From a virus (taxonomy: Duplodnaviria; Heunggongvirae; Uroviricota; Caudoviricetes), in the IMG/VR virus record IMGVR_UViG_2778261204_000005, positions 1 through 38,769 of that record: 38,769 bases of DNA. One strand, given 5' to 3'. This document shows positions 1 to 8,644 of the stretch, piece after piece. Made by a program: the position numbers and the translations under genes. Every line of letters starts with the position of its first letter. Within the stretch, counting starts at the first letter, position 1. Below the pieces are notes generated by a model. The model saw nothing but the letters and a program-made list of their open reading frames with translations, did not search any database and had not been told where the DNA came from.

Positions 1-1248
1 ATGGCACTGAATATTCCATTCAGAAATGCGTACTATCGTTTTGCATCCAGTTACTCATTTCTCTTTTTTATTTCCTGGTCGCTGTGGTGGTCGTTATACG
101 CTATTTGGCTGAAAGGACATCTAGGGTTGACAGGGACGGAATTAGGTACACTTTATTCGGTCAACCAGTTTACCAGCATTCTATTTATGATGTTCTACGG
201 CATCGTTCAGGATAAACTCGGTCTGAAGAAACCGCTCATCTGGTGTATGAGTTTCATCCTGGTCTTGACCGGACCGTTTATGATTTACGTTTATGAACCG
301 TTACTGCAAAGCAATTTTTCTGTAGGTCTAATTCTGGGGGCGCTATTTTTTGGCTTGGGGTATCTGGCGGGATGCGGTTTGCTTGATAGCTTCACCGAAA
401 AAATGGCGCGAAATTTTCATTTCGAATATGGAACAGCGCGCGCCTGGGGATCTTTTGGCTATGCTATTGGCGCGTTCTTTGCCGGCATATTTTTTAGTAT
501 CAGTCCCCATATCAACTTCTGGTTGGTCTCGCTATTTGGCGCTGTATTTATGATGATCAACATGCGTTTTAAAGATAAGGATCACCAGTGCGTAGCGGCA
601 GATGCGGGAGGGGTAAAAAAAGAGGATTTTATCGCAGTTTTCAAGGATCGAAACTTCTGGGTTTTCGTCATATTTATTGTGGGGACGTGGTCTTTCTATA
701 ACATTTTTGATCAACAACTTTTTCCTGTCTTTTATGCAGGTTTATTCGAATCACACGATGTAGGAACGCGCCTGTATGGTTATCTCAACTCATTCCAGGT
801 GGTACTCGAAGCGCTGTGCATGGCGATTATTCCTTTCTTTGTGAATCGGGTAGGGCCAAAAAATGCATTACTTATCGGAGTTGTGATTATGGCGTTGCGT
901 ATCCTTTCCTGCGCGCTGTTCGTTAACCCCTGGATTATTTCATTAGTGAAGTTGTTACATGCCATTGAGGTTCCACTTTGTGTCATATCCGTCTTCAAAT
1001 ACAGCGTGGCAAACTTTGATAAGCGCCTGTCGTCGACGATCTTTCTGATTGGTTTTCAAATTGCCAGTTCGCTTGGGATTGTGCTGCTTTCAACGCCGAC
1101 TGGGATACTCTTTGACCACGCAGGCTACCAGACAGTTTTCTTCGCAATTTCGGGTATTGTCTGCCTGATGTTGCTATTTGGCATTTTCTTCTTGAGTAAA
1201 AAACGCGAGCAAATAGTTATGGAAACGCCTGTACCTTCAGCAATATAG
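1..1248 (+). CDS. cscB: sucrose permease, LacY-family oligosaccharide:H+ symporter (MFS)
   Basis: 415-aa ORF with about 12 hydrophobic segments and LacY-type motifs; recognised as CscB-like, and csc genes are known to lie beside argW in sucrose-positive E. coli. Confidence 0.8.
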   Translation: MALNIPFRNAYYRFASSYSFLFFISWSLWWSLYAIWLKGHLGLTGTELGTLYSVNQFTSILFMMFYGIVQDKLGLKKPLIWCMSFILVLTGPFMIYVYEPLLQSNFSVGLILGALFFGLGYLAGCGLLDSFTEKMARNFHFEYGTARAWGSFGYAIGAFFAGIFFSISPHINFWLVSLFGAVFMMINMRFKDKDHQCVAADAGGVKKEDFIAVFKDRNFWVFVIFIVGTWSFYNIFDQQLFPVFYAGLFESHDVGTRLYGYLNSFQVVLEALCMAIIPFFVNRVGPKNALLIGVVIMALRILSCALFVNPWIISLVKLLHAIEVPLCVISVFKYSVANFDKRLSSTIFLIGFQIASSLGIVLLSTPTGILFDHAGYQTVFFAISGIVCLMLLFGIFFLSKKREQIVMETPVPSAI

Positions 1249-1689
1249 ACGTAAACTTTTTCCGGTTGTTGTCGATAGCTCTATATCCCTCAACCGGAAA
1301 ATAATAATAGTAAAATGCTTAGCCCTGCTAATAATCGCCTAATCCAAACGCCTCATTCATGTTCTGGTACAGTCGCTCAAATGTACTTCAGATGCGCGGT
1401 TCGCTGATTTCCAGGACATTGTCGTCATTCAGTGACCTGTCCCGTGTATCACGGTCCTGCGAATTCATCAAGGAATGCATTGCGGAGTGAAGTATCGAGT
1501 CACGCCATATTTCGCTATCAGGATTCTGTGTGATGGTTACATCGCCCGGCTCAGGGCTGTTTAGTCATCAGCGCTTTCTGACAGTGCTGAGATTTCAACC
1601 TGTTGCAGTAAAAATGAGTAGATATAAGGCAAGTGTGCTGCCAAACCCATCTTTTACGGGGTGAAGGTAGATTTCGTTTGAAGGGTATC

Positions 1690-1704
1690 TGGTGTCCCCT
1701 GCAG
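1690..1704. repeat. attL core, direct repeat of the last 15 nt of tRNA-Arg (tggtgtcccctgcag)
   Basis: Exact 15-bp match to 37687..37701; position computed from torI stop codon. Confidence 0.75.
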
Positions 1705-1777
1705 ACATCGACTTGAGGCGGCAGGGGATTGATTGGAATGGTGTTTTTTAGATGTGAGAAATATTTTACCCGCTATT

Positions 1778-1978
1778 TTACCCATTGGCGCGGCTTAAGA
1801 GCTTATTTTTGAATTCACAATGGTCACGATATAACCATCTTGCTCGACCGTGGATAACTTTGGCTTTAGGCAGGTCGCCGGACTTAATCCGGTCGTAGAT
1901 GAAGGTTTTACCAAAGCCAGTATCAGCCATGATGAATTTCAAATCAACCAGTGAATCAGGTTGTAGTTCGTGTTGCAT
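1778..1978 (-). CDS. torI: excisionase / recombination directionality factor, TorI (AlpA/Xis family)
   Basis: 66-aa ORF recognised as TorI of the KplE1 prophage; sits at the attL end. Confidence 0.85.
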   Translation of the reverse strand: MQHELQPDSLVDLKFIMADTGFGKTFIYDRIKSGDLPKAKVIHGRARWLYRDHCEFKNKLLSRANG

Positions 1979-1997
1979 GAGTGCTATCTCCGAATAG

Positions 1998-2013
1998 GGA
2001 ATCGAACCTGCAA
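1998..2013 (-). repeat. second tRNA-Arg-derived fragment (ggaatcgaacctgcaa, T-arm segment) inside the prophage, just upstream of torI
   Basis: 16-nt identity to the tRNA segment immediately 5' of the attL core portion. Confidence 0.55.
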
Positions 2014-2020
2014 ATCAGGC

Positions 2021-2043
2021 AATAAAAAACCGCCATCAGGCGG
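2021..2043 (-). terminator. rho-independent terminator (CCGCC-ATCA-GGCGG plus U-run on minus strand)
   Basis: GC hairpin followed by TTTTTTATT on the minus strand, between orf103 and torI. Confidence 0.6.
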
Positions 2044-2086
2044 CTTGGTGTTCTTTCAGTTCTTCAATTCGAATATCGGTTATGTC

Positions 2087-2398
2087 TTATTCGATGCGTA
2101 CTCCTGGTATTTCGCCTTTTGATATTGCTAAGTCATAAATTTGCGCAGCACTATACCCATCTCGCATCCATGAATCTAAGGCGCGAATAGCCTCGCTACG
2201 CTTTTTATCTTCTCTCTCATTTTTGATATCAACGAGGACATCAACGCAATTAAGGCAAATGTGGATTTTGTCATTACATTCGATCATGGCGGCTTTACCA
2301 TGATTTCCGCCACACAGTGAGCATAAATCTTCAGGGTCTGGCTGGTATTTCTGTAACGTTAGATGGTTGAATGTTGAACAGACCATAATCATCTCCAT
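2087..2398 (-). CDS. hypothetical protein with Cys-rich zinc-ribbon-like motif
   Basis: 103-aa ORF with CSLCGG...CLNC motif; followed by terminator. Confidence 0.5.
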   Translation of the reverse strand: MEMIMVCSTFNHLTLQKYQPDPEDLCSLCGGNHGKAAMIECNDKIHICLNCVDVLVDIKNEREDKKRSEAIRALDSWMRDGYSAAQIYDLAISKGEIPGVRIE

Positions 2399-2572
2399 AA
2401 AACAAAACTCGCCGTAGCGAGTTCAGATAAAAGAAATCCCCGCGAGTGCGAGGATTGTTAGTTGCGCTCTGCTGCTGCCTTAGCCATTACCATATCCACC
2501 AAACTTCACCAGACATGATTCTCGCAATCACTATCATCACCAAAGTGATAATCACAACTTTAACTGGCGGCA

Positions 2573-3094
2573 TCATTCACCATCCTGCTGCGGTGCTGCT
2601 GGATATGCTTTTCTCATCCAATGCGTGGCGTCATGAATAACGAACTGATATTCATCATCAGTAAACATCGAGCCATCCCACTGTAGCCCGTCAAGAACGC
2701 CTCTGGATGGAGAGAATACCCAGATATCGAAATCGTATTTCTCCGGCATTCGCTCACTACAGCTTATCCAACCATCCGGAGTTACCGGAGAGTTGCCATT
2801 CACAAGGTCAGCTCGAACAAATAGCGTGTCATCATGGTGCTGATTGTGGCTGCACCACGTTAATTCGCTTAACTCGCCATCTTCTGGCCATACTCCAGCC
2901 GTTTGCAGCCAGATATGGGCTGGCGCATCCTGGCAAGGTGTATTAACTGGAAACTTGTAAGTTTGGCTTACAGGTTCGGCTTCCAGCGATGCCAGTGCAA
3001 TCCGTGCCAGTTCCATTTGTTCGCCACGGGTAAGTCCGTTTTCAAGCGGATTTTTAATGAACAATTCGATACGTTCTTTAGTGATAGTGCTCAT
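2573..3094 (-). CDS. DUF551-like phage protein
   Basis: Start moved to internal ATG (MSTITKER...) which has an AGGAG RBS and abuts the upstream gene stop; C-terminal region resembles DUF551. Confidence 0.6.
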   Translation of the reverse strand: MSTITKERIELFIKNPLENGLTRGEQMELARIALASLEAEPVSQTYKFPVNTPCQDAPAHIWLQTAGVWPEDGELSELTWCSHNQHHDDTLFVRADLVNGNSPVTPDGWISCSERMPEKYDFDIWVFSPSRGVLDGLQWDGSMFTDDEYQFVIHDATHWMRKAYPAAPQQDGE

Positions 3095-3095
3095 A

Positions 3096-3758
3096 TCACT
3101 CTCCTTTGATGCGAATGCCAGCGGCGCGCTCGGCTTTACTTTGTTCCCAAAACCACTTGTGAAGCTCCATAAGCTTTTCGTCAATCGGTGCATATTTGCG
3201 ATTAAAGTAGGCCTGAGCATCTTTCTCAGATTCGTCCGGCAATTCGCCTGGGCCAAACAGTGTGTTATAAATCCATGCCAGTCCGCTCTTAGCGTCGCCA
3301 GTTGCCTGCCATTCTATAATGGCAGCCTGCATGACCAGAATGTTTTTCCCGATTAACAGGTCCAGTTCTTTGAACCGGTTGCGGATGTATGCATTCTCGC
3401 TTTGTAATTTTGCGTTGCGCTTCTCTGCGGCTTCCAGCTCAACACGCAGCTTCCCTACCGTTAGCGCAATTTCCTCGTTCTCCTGGTCGCGTGATTTGAT
3501 GTATTGCTGGTTTCTTTCCCGTTCATCCAGCAGCGCCTGCACTACTTCAGGGTTGAAAGCTGCGATATAACGAGCGTTGTTCTCTGCGTTTTTCTGTTCG
3601 TCGAATCCTGGCCAGTCGACAATATCTCCGTGATGATTATCACCTGGTGTGTGTACGGCGTACGTGCCGTATTTGCCCGGCGAAATAAATGCGACCCATT
3701 CACCCTGTGTTGCCTTTTCTGCCGCATCACGTAGTGCCTGATAGTTAATCTTGCTCAC
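3096..3758 (-). CDS. Ead/Ea22-like early protein
   Basis: 220-aa ORF with coiled-coil centre, resembles lambdoid Ea22 family. Confidence 0.55.
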   Translation of the reverse strand: MSKINYQALRDAAEKATQGEWVAFISPGKYGTYAVHTPGDNHHGDIVDWPGFDEQKNAENNARYIAAFNPEVVQALLDERERNQQYIKSRDQENEEIALTVGKLRVELEAAEKRNAKLQSENAYIRNRFKELDLLIGKNILVMQAAIIEWQATGDAKSGLAWIYNTLFGPGELPDESEKDAQAYFNRKYAPIDEKLMELHKWFWEQSKAERAAGIRIKGE

Positions 3759-4225
3759 TGGTTGCCTCCTTTGCGAAGCTTCGCCGCAAAATCAGCCGCA
3801 ACCTCTTTGACCATATTGGATAGCGGAGTGCCACCTCCGAATTTTTCTGAGAACATCTCCACACCCTGTGCCCTCACTTCAGCCAGGAAAGCATCGGTGG
3901 CTGGGGTTTGTGGCATTCCTCCGTCCGTTGCGCAGATATACGCATCAGATATTTCATCCTGCTCGCCATCAAACACGTAGCAACTCTGTGCGATAAATTT
4001 ATTCAGCCCCGCATTCTCTGCCGCCAGCGCCGCGCACTTGGCCTCAAGGTTATCAATCGTGATTCCAGCAGAACGACACTCCCGCAACGCCGTTTCCAGT
4101 TTTGATTCAAGTTCACCGAACTTACGCACCAGATATTCAGCGTTTGTTTCGTTAACCTTTAAATCTCGGGGGATGCATTTACCTTTCAGGAATCCATCCA
4201 TCTCAATTAGTGACATTTGTTTCAT
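3755..4225 (-). CDS. Ead/Ea22-like early protein (second copy)
   Basis: 156-aa ORF, stop/start overlap with downstream gene. Confidence 0.5.
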   Translation of the reverse strand: MKQMSLIEMDGFLKGKCIPRDLKVNETNAEYLVRKFGELESKLETALRECRSAGITIDNLEAKCAALAAENAGLNKFIAQSCYVFDGEQDEISDAYICATDGGMPQTPATDAFLAEVRAQGVEMFSEKFGGGTPLSNMVKEVAADFAAKLRKGGNQ

Positions 4226-4395
4226 TTCTTCCCACTCCGCAACATCGCATTCAGATATTTGTTGTCATTAACAGAACCGAAACTATTTCTCTTAAGCAAT
4301 TCCTCTCTCGATGGCATTGGCTTTACGCGTTGGCGAATAATCATTTCTGCCGGAAGAATGCCGGATTGTATGCAAGTCCTCTCATGGTAAATTCC

Positions 4396-4689
4396 TCAGT
4401 CATTACTGATAGCGCCATAGCGTGAGCGGTAATTACGCAGGCGCGGGTCAATTTCAGGGAAGTGGGTATATGTGGCTTTACGGAATGGTCGGATTGATGT
4501 CTGGTAAATTTGCTCGCGCTCTTCTTTCTCTGCAAGCCATATACAGTGGCGAAATTCCTTTTCCTCTTTCGTTTCCTGCGGTAGAGACATTATCCGGTCG
4601 TAGTTTTTTCTGAATTTATCCAGCACCTCCGATACGGAATTGCCGGAACAGCGGCGCACGTCGTCCGCACCATATAGAGGCGCTGGCAT
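4396..4689 (-). CDS. hypothetical early protein
   Basis: 97-aa ORF in early-left operon. Confidence 0.45.
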   Translation of the reverse strand: MPAPLYGADDVRRCSGNSVSEVLDKFRKNYDRIMSLPQETKEEKEFRHCIWLAEKEEREQIYQTSIRPFRKATYTHFPEIDPRLRNYRSRYGAISND

Positions 4690-4712
4690 AATGGGAGCCT
4701 TATTTTCAGTAA

Positions 4713-5300
4713 TCAGAAAGGAGGGTAATCGTTCTGGCTGTAACCATAATCATCTGCATGATTCTGGCTTACGTTTTTAGAGCGATTGTCTTTATCTTTG
4801 AGATTGGCAACCATGTTGGTGATAGTTTCTGGTTGCTTGCCTTCTGCCTTTTCTTTAAGGGTTTGACCTGTTTGTGCAATAAACGGGATGCGTATTTCCA
4901 TCTGGTAGCTGTCTGCGCCAGTCTTTTTGTTTGTGGTTAATACTTTCTGGAGCACTAACCCGATTTTCTTTCCATGAAATTCAGGTGCAACAAATTTACT
5001 GGCGGAAACCATATGCTGCGTTAATTGTCCAATCCCGGCACACCCCATCATGGCGTGAACGACATTTGCGCCAAATTTGTTTTCCGTTCCGTCATTTTTC
5101 TGAACACAGACGTTAAGATATTGGATTTTACGTCCGTCGTCGGATTCGCCAGAAAACTCAATAAATTTTGCTCCTTTTTCTGATTGCTTTAGTTCTGCTT
5201 CAGTAATGGTAATGATATGAGCGCCAGTTTCGTTAATAAAACCACCTTGCCCTGCGGTCAGTGCTGCTTCTTCGTTATAAGTAAAAATCACGTTGCTCAT
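4713..5300 (-). CDS. phage ssDNA-binding protein (DUF669-like partner of Sak4)
   Basis: 195-aa ORF overlapping the upstream Sak4-like gene by 4 nt; family assignment from recollection. Confidence 0.55.
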   Translation of the reverse strand: MSNVIFTYNEEAALTAGQGGFINETGAHIITITEAELKQSEKGAKFIEFSGESDDGRKIQYLNVCVQKNDGTENKFGANVVHAMMGCAGIGQLTQHMVSASKFVAPEFHGKKIGLVLQKVLTTNKKTGADSYQMEIRIPFIAQTGQTLKEKAEGKQPETITNMVANLKDKDNRSKNVSQNHADDYGYSQNDYPPF

Positions 5301-5977
5301 GCGGCGTTTTCCTTAATTTGATGAACATTATTGATGCCGTAGTAATCACAAACAGTGGCATCGACGAAAGAGAGATCGTTATCAATCTCATTGGAATCAA
5401 ACATTCCCATTGGGGATTTAACAGTGTCTGCACCGTTGTTTTTCGTGGTGAAAAAGAACTGGTCATCGTGGGTAAGAGTGCGAAGAACTATAGTAAACAT
5501 GCCTTCGACAGTGATTTTCTCGTCCAGCATTTTGCCGATAGTTTTCATTTTCACACGCCCCATAGGGGTTTCTTCGGTGTGCGCAAGAAAATAGACTCTC
5601 AGGTCATCAGGCGCATCCTGTGCAGCCTTAATGACCTCCCATGCGTGACGGCCTATCTCAGTGAATTTATCAAACGATTTTTCTTCTGAGCGGCGCATAA
5701 ACTCATTGCTCATCACATACTGGAAGTCATCAACAATAACGATTCTTTTCCCGTATTCGTGAGCACGCTTAATTACGGCAACTATTACGTCCCATTTGTC
5801 AGTGGTAACTACGGTTCCTTTTTTTTCTCTGGCGTCCCATGCAAGCCAGTCTTTTGATTTAAATGGTAGCGGCTTGCCTATTGGTTTTATAAGTATTGCT
5901 TCCTCTGGATTGATATTTCTCATGCTGGTTGATTTTCCGGTGCCAGACTCACCTAGTATTAATGTCGCAGTTCCCAT
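5297..5977 (-). CDS. Sak4-like RecA/Rad51-family recombination ATPase
   Basis: N-terminal Walker A GESGTGKST and overall Sak4-like pattern. Confidence 0.65.
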   Translation of the reverse strand: MGTATLILGESGTGKSTSMRNINPEEAILIKPIGKPLPFKSKDWLAWDAREKKGTVVTTDKWDVIVAVIKRAHEYGKRIVIVDDFQYVMSNEFMRRSEEKSFDKFTEIGRHAWEVIKAAQDAPDDLRVYFLAHTEETPMGRVKMKTIGKMLDEKITVEGMFTIVLRTLTHDDQFFFTTKNNGADTVKSPMGMFDSNEIDNDLSFVDATVCDYYGINNVHQIKENAA

Positions 5978-5985
5978 AATTCACC

Positions 5986-6186
5986 TCAGAATGGTAATTC
6001 GGATTGGGAGGAAAGAAACTCTCGCTCATTCATGCGCTCTCTTTGCGCCTGCCATAAGCAAAGTTGTTTCTTTGATTTATCTCCCGCTTTACGCCAGTAA
6101 CGAGCCTCAGCAATGTGATATTCTCTTTTTAATCGACTTAACTCTGGAGTTTTCGCCAGTTCTACCGGAATCATTTTGACCTCCAT
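5986..6186 (-). CDS. hypothetical small protein
   Basis: 66-aa ORF between kil and sak4. Confidence 0.4.
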   Translation of the reverse strand: MEVKMIPVELAKTPELSRLKREYHIAEARYWRKAGDKSKKQLCLWQAQRERMNEREFLSSQSELPF

Positions 6187-6284
6187 TTTCTGTAGGCTTC
6201 AACGGCCTCACGAAACATCTTTTCATCGCCAATAAAAGTGGCGATAGTGAATTTAGTCTGGATAGCCATAAGTGTTTTATCCAT
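6171..6284 (-). CDS. kil: host-killing protein Kil (FtsZ inhibitor), lambda-type
   Basis: Internal start MDKTLMAIQTKFTIATFIGDEKMFREAV matches lambda Kil; AGGAG RBS. Confidence 0.75.
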   Translation of the reverse strand: MDKTLMAIQTKFTIATFIGDEKMFREAVEAYRKWRSK

Positions 6285-6417
6285 TTTTGGGGACTCCTGG
6301 CTGATTAAGTATATCGATAAGGCGTTTCCATCCGTCACGTAATTTACGGGTGATTCGTTCAAGTAAAGATTCGGAAGGGCAGCCAGCAACAGGCCACCCT
6401 GCAATGGCATATTGCAT
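6277..6417 (-). CDS. cIII: CIII, FtsH protease inhibitor, lambda-type
   Basis: Hand translation gives MQYAIAGWPVAGCPSESLLERITRKLRDGWKRLIDILNQPGVPKNG (46 aa), matching lambda CIII; AAGGAG RBS; overlaps kil start as in lambda; not in the supplied ORF track because under 60 aa. Confidence 0.75.
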   Translation of the reverse strand: MQYAIAGWPVAGCPSESLLERITRKLRDGWKRLIDILNQPGVPKNG

Positions 6418-6489
6418 GGTGTGCTCCTTATTTATACATAACGAAAAACGCCTCGAGTGAAGCGTTATTGGTATGCGGTAACGCCGCGC

Positions 6490-6858
6490 TCAGGCGGCTT
6501 TGATAGTCATATCATCTGAATCAAATATTCCTGATGTATCGATATCGGTAATTCTTATTCCTTCGCTACCATCCATTGGAGGCCATCCTTCCTGACCATT
6601 TCCATCATTCCAGTCGAACTCACACACAACACCATATGCATTTAAGTCGCTTGAAATTGCTATAAGCAGAGCATGTTGCGCCAGCATGATTAATACAGCA
6701 TTTAATACAGAGCCGTGTTTATTGAGTCGGTATTCAGAGTCTGACCAGAAATTATTAATCTGGTGAAGTTTTTCCTCTGTCATTACGTCATGGTCGATTT
6801 CAATTTCTATTGATGCTTTCCAGTCGTAATCAATGATGTATTTTTTGATGTTTGACAT
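6490..6858 (-). CDS. hypothetical acidic phage protein (possibly DUF2528-like)
   Basis: 122-aa ORF; family guess from memory only. Confidence 0.45.
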   Translation of the reverse strand: MSNIKKYIIDYDWKASIEIEIDHDVMTEEKLHQINNFWSDSEYRLNKHGSVLNAVLIMLAQHALLIAISSDLNAYGVVCEFDWNDGNGQEGWPPMDGSEGIRITDIDTSGIFDSDDMTIKAA

Positions 6859-6876
6859 CTGTTCATATCCTCATAG

Positions 6877-6904
6877 ATAAAAAATCGCCCTCACACTGGA
6901 GGGC
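6877..6904 (-). terminator. rho-independent terminator (GCCCTC-loop-GAGGGC plus U-run)
   Basis: Hairpin followed by TTTTTT on minus strand upstream of the 122-aa gene. Confidence 0.55.
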
Positions 6905-7023
6905 AAAGAAGATTTCCAATAATCAGAACAAGTCGGCTCCTGTTTAGTTACGAGCGACATTGCTCCGTGTATTCACTCGTTGGAATGAATACACAGTGCA
7001 GTGTTTATTCTGTTGTTTATGCC

Positions 7024-7048
7024 AAAAATAAAGGCCGACTATGCGGCC
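7024..7048 (-). terminator. rho-independent terminator (tL1-like) immediately after the 140-aa membrane ORF
   Basis: GGCCG-loop-CGGCC hairpin followed by TTTATTTTT on minus strand. Confidence 0.6.
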
Positions 7049-7053
7049 TGAAA

Positions 7054-7476
7054 TTACTTAACCAATGATGCCGCATATTCAATTAGGAATAACTTAGGTG
7101 CAAGCAAAATCTTCAACCATTCGAAATTGAAGGCGATAATTAAAACACCCATAATTGAGCCAAATATAGGAACAAATACAGTGCATATATCGTAATAAAC
7201 CGAAGATATAAAATGTCCATCATTTGGACGTCCATCGAAAGACGTCCATCTCTCGCCATTATTTCTTGCCGTTCTTGCAAAACTAGGAAGTTTAATTGCT
7301 GCAATTAAAAGCAACAATCCAGCCACTTGGAAAAGTGCGCTATGGACAAAACTCCATATTAGCAACTGATGAACAACATCAGGAATCTGTGCCTGGCTAA
7401 ATGAAACAGCCGCGTCTATTCCATTGCTGGCTTTTTGCAGTAGTTCTACGAGAATCTTGTTTGCTTGTTCTTCCAT
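7054..7476 (-). CDS. small inner-membrane protein, candidate superinfection-exclusion/abortive-infection factor (SieB-position)
   Basis: 140-aa ORF with 2-3 hydrophobic helices, AT-rich, 9 nt downstream of N. Confidence 0.5.
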   Translation of the reverse strand: MEEQANKILVELLQKASNGIDAAVSFSQAQIPDVVHQLLIWSFVHSALFQVAGLLLLIAAIKLPSFARTARNNGERWTSFDGRPNDGHFISSVYYDICTVFVPIFGSIMGVLIIAFNFEWLKILLAPKLFLIEYAASLVK

Positions 7477-7484
7477 ATATCACC

Positions 7485-7784
7485 TCAAATAAGTGGTTTG
7501 CTGCCTAATTTCATTTTCTGGCGCCCAACACAAGTCACACCCATTTCGCTGCGTGGCTTGCGGTAGTAAATACGGTTCTGTTTACGCTCGACTTCTTCTG
7601 CCTTCTTGCAGCGAAGGCTTCCGAGTGATGCTGCTTTATCTGCTCTGACGCAACCAGAGAGCTTTAGCGCAATTTTTCGCGCCAGTCGCTGTTCTTGCAT
7701 TGCCTGTTCACGTTGAGCCTGTCTGCGTGCTCTGCGGCGATTTCTGGCGTTATCGTCAGCCAGATATGTAATTACTACTGTCAT
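7485..7784 (-). CDS. N: antitermination protein N (arginine-rich motif)
   Basis: Start moved to internal ATG with GGAGG RBS; N-terminal NARNRRRARRQAQRE arginine-rich motif; C-terminal half recognised as similar to N of phage 21/933W-type. Confidence 0.7.
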   Translation of the reverse strand: MTVVITYLADDNARNRRRARRQAQREQAMQEQRLARKIALKLSGCVRADKAASLGSLRCKKAEEVERKQNRIYYRKPRSEMGVTCVGRQKMKLGSKPLI

Positions 7785-7839
7785 GTTGACCTCCGATGAA
7801 ACAACTTTGGAATTGATAGTGATTGCAAAGTGGTTTCTG

Positions 7840-7869
7840 GCCCCTCGAACTGAGGGGCAGAAAGAGCAT
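7840..7869 (-). promoter_or_regulatory. nut-like element: boxA-like ATGCTCTTTCT followed by 7-bp-stem hairpin GCCCCTC-AGTTC-GAGGGGC, about 55 nt upstream of N
   Basis: Read on minus strand; no U-run so not a terminator. Confidence 0.4.
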
Positions 7870-8345
7870 CTCGCCACCTAATAGGTCAATGCTCGGATCG
7901 AGAGATTTAATTAACCTCGGTTTTGAAGTTATGCATTCACATAAATCCTCCTGTTGCATGTGCAGCATTGGCTGTGTTTGGCGGCTGCATTTCGCCTATG
8001 GAATTGACTTTGGCGGTGACGCGCCGGGTGCTTATCTTCCGGTTGCCGTCGTGCAGCTGCACTTCACGTCACCCCAAAGCCAACTACTCTTTGACTCACA
8101 CTCTCGCAGTGAGCGCGCCCATGCCATTGAGTCTCTGCCGCTTCATCGCCGCTGATAACCGGTGCGCGTCTGGCATTCGTGCTGCTTTACCGGAGCTACT
8201 TTTAATATATTGACCTTAACCCGATGCTAAGCAGGCTCGCTCAATGACGACTCAGGGCAGTATCATTACTGCTGCATTGCCTTTCGGCTGCGGTCTAACC
8301 GCGTTAGTGCACCATTACGGCACCTCCTGTTTGGTTAAACTCAGT

Positions 8346-8387
8346 TCCCGCATTTCGGCGGGACAATCCCATCAATGTTAAAGAGCC
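8346..8387 (-). promoter_or_regulatory. nutL: boxA (GGCTCTTTAA) and boxB hairpin (TCCCGC-CGAAAT-GCGGGA)
   Basis: boxB is the same 18 nt as at nutR. Confidence 0.65.
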
Positions 8388-8436
8388 TGCCAATCTGTTC
8401 CGTTTGGCTACCAGCGTCCTGCTGATGGCTTAAAGA

Positions 8437-8519
8437 TAACTTAGGTTATAGGTGCGGTCAATAACCTAATTTATATTTTATGGTAAATAAGTTATAAGTG
8501 ATGGATAACAAAGGTATTT
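8437..8519. promoter_or_regulatory. OL/PL region with three ATAAC-N4-GTTAT-type operator sites
   Basis: One perfect site ATAACTTAGGTTAT and two variants at about 25-bp and 44-bp spacing. Confidence 0.6.
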
Positions 8520-8644
8520 TATTTTTGTAAATGTTGCTGATTGATTGGTGTTTGAGGGCTTACGTGCGGGGTGAAGGTGTTACCTTTGGCTTGATGCTTG
8601 TCTATGATGAGGATGGTTGATTGGGTGGTGAACGGCAGGAAAAG

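Noticed and set aside
1261-1298. Inverted repeat TCCGGTTG...CAACCGGA just after cscB considered as a terminator
   Set aside because: Long 22-nt loop and no U-run on either strand; too weak to call.
3057-5689. Multiple plus-strand ORFs (e.g. 3057..3356, 3319..3570, 3504..3734, 5318..5689, 5355..5594) inside the leftward early operon
   Set aside because: All are antisense to better-supported minus-strand genes, lack RBSs and have low-complexity translations.
7823-8213. Plus-strand ORFs 7823..8155 and 7923..8213 in the PL leader
   Set aside because: Antisense to the leftward early transcript, no RBS, Cys/Arg-rich low-complexity translation; more likely chance ORFs in a structured leader.
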